Below are positions 40,201-49,200 of a stretch of 64,000 nucleotides of DNA, one piece after another. Under the pieces are notes generated by a model that was not told where the DNA came from, made no database searches, and saw only the letters and a list, made by a program, of their open reading frames with translations. Source of the stretch: Stenotrophomonas sp. Its GTDB lineage: Bacteria > Pseudomonadota > Gammaproteobacteria > Xanthomonadales > Xanthomonadaceae. Location of the stretch: contig DAMCTY010000004.1 of the NCBI GenBank assembly GCA_032112995.1, positions 27,335 to 91,334 of the forward strand, read 5' to 3'. A program made the translations under genes and the position numbers. How positions within the stretch are numbered: the stretch's first letter is position 1; every line of letters starts with the position of its first letter.

Positions 40201-43200
40201 CGCTTGATGCGCGCCGTCTGCGTCCACGACGCCACCATGCCGGACCTGGGTGCGTAGGCGTAGCTGCTCGCATCAGCAAGCTTCGTTACCCCAGCCGACT
40301 CCCAGTCTGCGGTATTGATCGCCCCCTGGTAGGCATTGAGCGAACCGTTCGTGTCTTTCACATACCACGTTGTCTTGTTCTGCTCCCTGTCGCGGATGGT
40401 GATCTTGCCCTCCGCACCGGTACCCACGGTGATATCACCCAATTGCAGGCCCATATCCGCCAGCTGGTTGTCGATGACAACCGACCCCTTGCCGCTGATG
40501 ACGTTCAGTGCACCGCTGGTGGAGGTACTGACAATACGGCCGTCCAGGGTGATGGAACCGCCGCCCTTTGCGTAGATATCGGGGACGACAAACTGGTTCC
40601 TGGCCGGGTCGAATTTCAACGCAATCTTCGTCGAAGACGACGAATTGGCCCTCACGAAGCTTTCGGGGACGTCAAACAGTCCAGTGCTTCTCGCCACCCG
40701 TTCGCCGTTCGCGTTTGTGTAGAAGAAACTTTCGACCCAACTGCGGAGCTCGCTGCTATTGCGGTCCAGAATGGCGGAATAGTCCACCGGGACGCCTGAC
40801 GTCAAGGGCACATTGACGTCAATCGTGGCGGCCTTGATGCTGATTCCGCCACCCGCCGTAACCCCCCCTGTACCGGTCTTGGGAACGGTCGAATTTGCCG
40901 CCGACGTCACCTGCGAAGGTTGGGTGGAGAAGGAAGCCACCAGCTCTCTGGCATTCACGACCGGCACATAGTTTGCAGATCCGGTGCTGTATTGTGACAC
41001 CTTGCCGCCGTCGTAGAACAAGCCCTTCAGGTCCGCCTGGGTGCAGTCCTTGTCACCAATCCGATAGCGGCAGGCACCATAGATATAGAGGCTCCCATAG
41101 CCATTGTTGTTGGTGCCCTTGTCGGCGCCTCGATAGAGCAGGTAGTCCGTCAGGGTCTGACCGTTGCGGGCAGCCGCATCCTTGTAGAGGTAGGTGGCAA
41201 TGTAGGCAGCAGCATCGTCCGCATTGGTGATGCCGGCAGCCACGCTCACCCGGTTCCACAACGTGCTTACCAGTGCGCCGCTCCAGTTGCCGGTACCGAG
41301 GTTGTAGACCACGTCTCCGTTCGGAATGTCGACCGAAAGCGACTCAACCTGCTGGGCGCCCGCACCATAGAAGCTGCCCATTGCATTGAAGATTTTCAGC
41401 GCCGCGCCCCTGGCGATGATATCGCCCGCGCCGACGATGGCTGATGCAGCCCCCACGTTGCTGATGGTGACCTTCGCGCCGCCCTGGCCCCTGTCCTCGG
41501 TCACCCGGATGCCTTGGGGAGTGTTGCTCAGGCCGGTGTACAGAACATTGCCACCACTGTAGTCCGGCATCACGATATCGCCAGCCAACAGCAGGTTGTC
41601 CGCGCTGTTGTTGGTGATGCTGATACTCGGCGAGCCCTTGGCAGTTATCGAACCGCTGCCGCTGATGTTGTTTCCGTACAGAATGACGTCGCCACCACCA
41701 GCAAACAGGTCACCAATGACCCAGGTATTGGTGGCCTTGTCAGATGCAACGTCGAAGTCCGTGGAACCGGAGTCATTGAACGCCTTCTTCAGTGCTGCGC
41801 TGCTATCGCGCCATGCCTCGAATTCAAGCAGGTCGCCGCCGCCGGCATCCTTTGTCAACTGGCCATTGCCATCTATGGTGATGTTGAGCTTGCTGTAGCG
41901 CCCGGCCACCACCGTTCCATCGACGATCACATCCCCGGTGTTCGTACCCGAGGTCTTATTGTCACGCACCGTAACCGGGATGAAACCGATCTGGTAGCCC
42001 GTGGCCGAGCCGTCCGCATTGCGGAACACATCATTGCCATAAGCACCCAGCGACACGAATGCGCCACTGAGCAGCTTGCTGTTCTGGGCAAGCGCCGTTC
42101 GAGCAGCACTGTCCACCGTGGAGCGCGCCGAAGAATCCGGAATGGCTACCAGGCCCTTGCTATACCCCAGGGCCACCGCGTTGCCAGCGATCCGCGAGCC
42201 GTTGCCATTCATCCTATCCATGCCAGCGGAGACGTAGGCGTTGTGCAGGGACTCAAGGCTCGCCCCTTCACCCACCTTGACATCCTGGTCCACCTTCAAA
42301 TTGACAGCCGCGTCCGCCTTGCCTACCGCAGCCAGGATGCCCCAGGTATTGACCAGTGCATTGGCACCCACATCGGCCTTGGCATAGGTACCGACGTTGA
42401 GCATGTAATTGCTCTGCAGCTTGGCGTTGGTACCAATAGTGACCTTGTTCACCAGCGTCGCATCGGCCTTGGCCTTGACGACCGCAACGTTGATCGCGCC
42501 ACCGGTGGTCAGACCCGCACGATCATCCGTGTTCGCGTTGGTAGCCGCCACGATATCCAAACCAACGGCATCGCTCCCGGTCGGAGTGCCGCTGGCGTAA
42601 AGCTGGGCGCCGTTGCCAATATCAACAGCACTGCTGCCGGCCAGTATCGTGGAGACCTGGGAGGCACTGCCGGTCAGGACGCCGCCGCCGGCGGCACTGG
42701 CGGCGAGCTTGCCGACGAGAACACTGTCGATATTGTTTTCGGTAGCCAGCCTGATGGAACTGTCCGAGGCAATCCGGGCCTTCTCGCCCACGCTCAGGAT
42801 GACGTCGGCCTGGACGTCATTCTCAGCGTTCGCACCGCTGGCGTTGAGTACGCCCGCACCGGTGCTGTCCGCGCTGGCGCCATATTTGGTGGAGTGCGTC
42901 GCAGTCGCCACAAGCTTGGACACATCCCAGTCAGCCAGGTCCCCGATGGCTACATCCGTTGTGCTCTTGGTTACCGTCCGGGCCAGCGATGCATTGCCGG
43001 CAATCAAGCCGCCAGTGCCCGCCGTGGCATCGGCGGTGTTCTTGTCCTCACCGCGTGCATTGAGCGTGACGGCCCCGGAAATCAGCCGAGTAGCGTCACC
43101 CACCCCTGCATGCACAGTGGAGGCGGATTCGGCGGTGGCCTTCACCACGCCAGCAGCCAGCAACCCGCCCACGCTGACGCCCGTGGCATCAGCGTTCTGG

Positions 43201-46200
43201 GAGCTCACATTGGAGGATGTGACGGTTACCGCTCCGCCGCGTTTATAGGCGCCCGCTACGTCCTCATCGGCAGCGCCAGTCACGCGCGCTCCGTCCATGA
43301 TGTCGGCGCTCACGGCATTGCTGCTCTTGGCGGTTGCAAATGAACCTGCGCCCGCAAGGTACAGACCACCGGAACCAGCAATGGAGCCGGCCTCCACCCC
43401 AGCGCTGGCAACGGAGGCAATCACGCTGACATTGCCTGGATTGCGCAGCTCGGCCTGCGTACCGATGAAGGCATTGACATCGGTCGTTGAGCTTGCGTTT
43501 GCCACCGCCGCGCCAACCGCTGCACCGATTGCAACCGCAGCGCCGATGGCATTGGCTGAAACGTCAGGCCTGGCGCTGGCATTGATCGAAACACCCCCCT
43601 TCAAGCCGGTGACTTTGCTGCGATCGCCAATGCCGGCCGTCACCTCTGAACCATCATGTGCCGTCGCCACCGCGCCGCTGGCCCCGGCAAGCACACCACC
43701 GGCTGCCCCCAACGCCGTTGCATCCACCGCGCCCTCGGAGCGGGCATCTATTGCAAGATTGGCAAAGCCGGTCAGGTTTGTATCTGCTGCCGTGCCGGCG
43801 CTCACACGCGCCGAACGATCCACGTCTGCGACAACCACGCCAGCGGCAAGCGCACCCGCTGCCGCGCCGATGGCGGACAGGTCCACGCTGCTGGCGTCCT
43901 TCGCAGCGACCTTCACGTCCTTGACGGTACCGGCCGACGCCATGGTTCCAGCAATGCCGGCGCTGACCGCCTGTTCCAGCCTGGCCACGCCTACCGCAGC
44001 GCCCACACCAACCAGGCCGAGAGCACCCGCATACACCTCCATATCAACAGCCTTGCCGCCTGCACCGTCGCCGGCATTGGCCTGCACGTCGATCAACGAG
44101 GCATCCACCTTGTCCGCTGCCAACGTAGCGGTGGTATTGCCATACAGCCCGGTGAAACCAAAGGCACCGCCCGCACCCACACCACCCACGCCGACACCAC
44201 CAACCCGGTTGAGGCTGCTCATTGCCGTCGAGGCATTGACCTTCACTTCCGTGGCCGCCAAAGCACCGCCACGAATACTGGCCTCAACCGTATCGCCGCG
44301 CCCGGACAGTGAACCCACATCCAGATTTCCGCGCTTGTTGAGCGCATCCAGATCACTGCTTGAAACCGTGCCCGAACCGGCCAACACGTCGGCGTCAACC
44401 TTGTCTTCCGATGCCACCGACTTCAGGTTGCCGAAGGTACCGCCCAGCTCCTTGCTGGCGTCGCCGCTGTCGCCCAGGCCAGATAGCAGCAGCGAGGCGG
44501 CAGCACCAATGCCAGTGCTCATGCCACCGCCGGCCGTGAGGGTGGTCATGTTGATGTCGCGGTCGGATCTGGCGTCAACAGAAATGCCGTTGGTCGCGGT
44601 TACCCCACTGTCCAGAATATTTGCCCGCACGGTGCTACCGAGGATGGCAATGGAGGCACCCGCGCCCACGCCGGTCCCCATCACACCCAGGCCGAAGCCG
44701 CCGGTGTCGGCGCGCAGCTTGAGTACGTCCTTCGCCGTCACATCGGCGCTGGTCGAGTCCACGGTGGCGTTATGTACGATCGCCTGCGTGTCGTTCTGAA
44801 GCAGGTGCAACTGCGCCATGCCAGCAATGCCGGTACCACCGGCACCTGCCGCCCCCAGCGCGACGCCGTTGAAGTCCGAGCGACTGTCCGCCGATACCTT
44901 CAGCGCATTGGCGACGTCTATCGTGGTTGCGCTGCCCGCCCTGCCAATACCCGCGTAGGTGACCGCACTGCCCATGTTGACCAGCGCGGCTCCGGCCACC
45001 GCAGCCCCCAGTCCCACGGCACCCACGCCGGCAACCAGCGAAGCGGCATTGTCGCTATCGGCCGACACCTGCAACGAGCCGCTGCGTGCCTTGCCGCCAG
45101 CCACCCGCGCTGTCGTATTGGTATTGAAATCATTGACCACCGCCGATGCGGCGCCGCCGCCCAAACCGGCAGCCATACCGATGACGATGGCGAGCGAGTT
45201 CTGGCTGCCAGCTGCATCAACCACCACATCGCCCTTTGCGTTGAGCGTCGCATTGTCGATGGATGCGAGGGCATTGCTGTCAAAGAAGTTCGTCGACAGT
45301 GCACCGGCGCCGGAGAAACCGCCACCGGCAGCCAGCCCGCCGACGTAACTAGTCGACGCCACATGGTGGCTGGCACGCACATCAACGGCCTGCGTTGCGG
45401 CAGCATCGCCCGCATCAGCGTCGTCGCCCGCCGCGCTTGCCAACCCTTGCTGGTTGATTCGTGCATCCTGGATGCTTGCCACCGTGCTGCCGGCAACCTT
45501 GTTGACGGCGGCCATCACGGATACGGCGGCACTTGCGATCGGCACCGTGCCGATCGCCGCACTTGCCCCGATCGTATTGATCTGTTGCGCGGTTGCCGCA
45601 TTCACTGCAACGCCACGCACGCCGACACTACCCGTACTCAGATCCACCGAACTGGACGCCATGTTGTCGGCATCAGTCTCAGTGCTGTGATTGTTCGCGG
45701 TCTTGCGATGCCCCCCATTTACCTGCAGGGCATCCCCCAGCGCCAAGGCCGTCACCTCGGTGTCGCCCCCCCGGATGATGGCCTCCGTCGTGCCGTCAAC
45801 CAGATTGACCACGGTACCCAAACCGATGCCGACGTTGCCGCCCACACCCACGCTACCGGCAAACACGTCAATGCTCTGCCTCTGGGCAGCCATCACGCCG
45901 ACGTTCTCCCGGGCAATGACCTTGGCACCGTCCTCGATCCGCGCCGAGACCGTGCCATCCATCTGGTTCACCGCAATGGAGGCCGCGCCACCAACCGTGC
46001 CGCCCCCGCCAATGCCGGCCGCTACGGTGCGTATACGGTTTCCATTTCCGCCGGCGGCTCCGGACGCATCGGCCTGGACCAGCAGGTTGCGGACACCCAG
46101 ATCCGTCGAATCGCCGCTGACCGATGCCGAGGTGGTGCCTCCAATATTGTTATAGGCGATCGCCGCGCCTACGCCCACGTTGCCGCCGATCGCCGCCCCA

Positions 46201-49200
46201 CCCGCCAGCGAGTCGATGCTGCGCTCATCACTGGCGCTGACGGACACGTCTGCGTCGTCGTTGCGCACGGTGCTGTCCGAAAGCAGCGCCGTTGTATCCG
46301 AAGAGATCAGGTTGGTGGTCACGCTACCGGCAACGCCTACGTTGCCACCGGCGGCACCCGAAGCGGCGATGGTCCGGATCAGGCTTTCGTTACCGGCAAC
46401 AATCTCGAGTTTCGACGCCCCGTCAAGTGCAGAACCGACGACAATCGCCGCGGTACGGCCGCCAATATCATTGACGCTGCTTGCGACGCCAACGCCCACC
46501 TTGCCGCCAGCACCCAGCGCACCACCGAGCGAATAGGCCGCGCCCTTGGTCTGGGCATTCACATGCACATCGCCTGTCACCCCGGCGCCATGCGCGCGGA
46601 CTCCCTCGATACGGGCCTCCGTCGCACCATCCTTGATGATATTGGTGGCGTTGCTTGCCGCGATGGCCGCATCGCCGGCAGCGGCACCGGCGATGGCCAG
46701 GGTCTTGGTGATGGCGTCGGAATCCGCCCTCACTGCGAGCTGCTCGGACACCTCCAATGCCGAGCCATCAATGGCTGCAGCGGTGGTGTCCTTGATGGTC
46801 GCCACGTTGATTGCGGCGCCAATCGCTGCGTTGCCGGTGGTGCCCGCAACCGCACCAGACAACGTGTAGATACGCGAATCGTTGTCCGCCCCAAGCAGCA
46901 GATTCTTTGCTTCCAGCACGCCGCCGTTGAGCGTGGCCTGCGCGGTGTTGCCGATCTCACTCCAGCCCACCGAGCCCTGTACGGCGACATTGCCAGCAAA
47001 GCCGCCAGCCACCGCACCAGACAGGATCTTGGCATTGTTGGCCGCGGAGATCGCGGCATCATCCTGTACTTCCAGCAGCGCATCCTGTGCATTGGCAACC
47101 GTTGTGTTGCCAATGTCGTTGATGGTCAGTGCAGCCCCCACTGCCACCTTGTTGCCTGCGGTCAATGCACCGGCAAGTGAGCCGATGAACGAGTCGTCAC
47201 TGGCATCCAGGCGGACGTCGCGCGCCGCGAGCTCGGCACTGGATCCCGCGCCCTGGGTATCGTGCCCGACGTTTACGGTGGTCTGGTTCTGGATGGCGTT
47301 GTAGGACGCACTGCCGACGCCGGTGAATTTTCCGCTACTGGCACCTACTCCCACGCTGACAGCGATGATCTGCGCGTTGTCGCGGGCAGCCAGATTGATG
47401 TCCCCGTCGTCAGCTCGGATGCTGGCGTCATCCACGGTCACACTGTGGCTGTTCTTGATGGTGTTGTAGGCGAAGGCAACGCCCGCATTGTTGTCACTGG
47501 CCTGCATCATCCCGGCAACGGCAATGATCGAGCTCTTCGCATTGCCATCGCGGCCAATGGCATCCACCTTGGTATCGTCATTGTCGTCGGCGTTGGCTCC
47601 TACGTCCGTATCTGCCAGGCCAGAACCACAGTAGTCAGCACTACCGCCGGTTCCATTGTCTCCATTGCAGTTGTTGCCAGCGCTGCCAAGATCGTCATCG
47701 CTGGCCGTACCTGCATAGGCAGTGAGCGTACCCGCAATATCGATATCGGCGCCGCCAACGATGCGGGCCTCGGTGGTGTTGCCCACCTGGTTGACGAGGA
47801 CAGAACCTGCCAAGCCAATACCGCTGTCACTCTTGGAGGCACCACCAGCCGCAGCTGCGGCCACGATCCGCGAGGCATCTGCGGCGCGCACCGTGACGTT
47901 GTTAAGTTTTTGAACACTGCTGCCATCGATGGCAGCAGTGGTTACATCCTGAACTTCCGCATAGGTTACGGCGGCGCCCACGCCGGCGCGGCCGCCAAAG
48001 TAGAAGGCGCCGCCGCCGTTGGCTATTTTCGACTCGTTGACCGCCAAGATGTCGAGGTCACCAGCAGCCCCCTGCATGCCGGTCAGGGTTCCGCCCTGGA
48101 GCACGGCTTGCGTGCTGTTCTTCGACATGCCCACGGTCGCCGACACCGCCACTGCCGCAGCCTTGGCCTGATCGGTGGATGCATTGACGCCAACGCCCAA
48201 ACCTACGTTGACCTGCTCGCTCTCGTTGCGGGCGGTCAGCACCACATCCTTGGCATCGACGATGGTGGAATCGGTGATCCCAGCCCTCGTGGTGTTCTGT
48301 ATATCGGCGTAGGCGACGCCGCCGGCAATGGAAGCACTGGCTTCCTGCTGCCCCACCACAACCGACAATGCCCCGCTGATGCTTACCAGCAGGGTCTTGT
48401 TGAGGGCAGCCACGTCCAGCTTCAGGCCATTATTGGAGTGATCCTTGATGTTTGCGCTGCTGATATCTGCGGTGGTCTTCTGACGGGCACGGTTGACAGT
48501 TGCGCTACCTGACACCGCAACGCCGAACTTGGGCTTCTGCTCCCCGCCGGCCTGCCCTCCCTGTCCACCGCCATCCTCAGGCTTTCCCGAGCCCAGCAGC
48601 GACTTTGCCTTGTCGAAGTACTTGCCCAAGCCTTCATCGCCGGCCAGGCCAGCCTTCTCGGCCATTCCCTCCAGCTGCCCCACCTTGCCGGTAGCGCGGG
48701 ATTTCAGCTTGTCCAGGAAGCTCGGGTTGTCCGCGCTGCGCTTCTGCGCCGCCGCTTCGCTATCCCCCTGGCCGTACTTGTTGTCCTTGCTGCTGACCAC
48801 GCTGCCAGCTGCGGCAACGGCACCCGACAGGCCTTCGCTGTTCGCCGTCACTTCGAGCACGTCCGTACTGACCGAGCCCTGCTGTGTGCCCGCAGCGCCG
48901 GTAGCGAAGCCATCGGGGATCTGCCCGATGAAGGCGCGTGTATCCGTATCCATCTGCTGGTAGGCCACACTCAAACCCACCGATACGCTCTTGCTCATGG
49001 CTACTGCGCCGGCCACCGACCAGACAAACAGATCCTCGTCGGCACCTATAGCCACCGATTTCGCCACCAGCGAGGCCTTGTTGCTCACCCCGGCCAGCGT
49101 ATGGCTGTCCAGGTCCATGGCAGACGCCGTGCCATTGAGATTGAAGCTACCGCCCTGGCCGCTCTGCAAAGCCAGCGACACCAGGGTTTCCTTGTTGACC

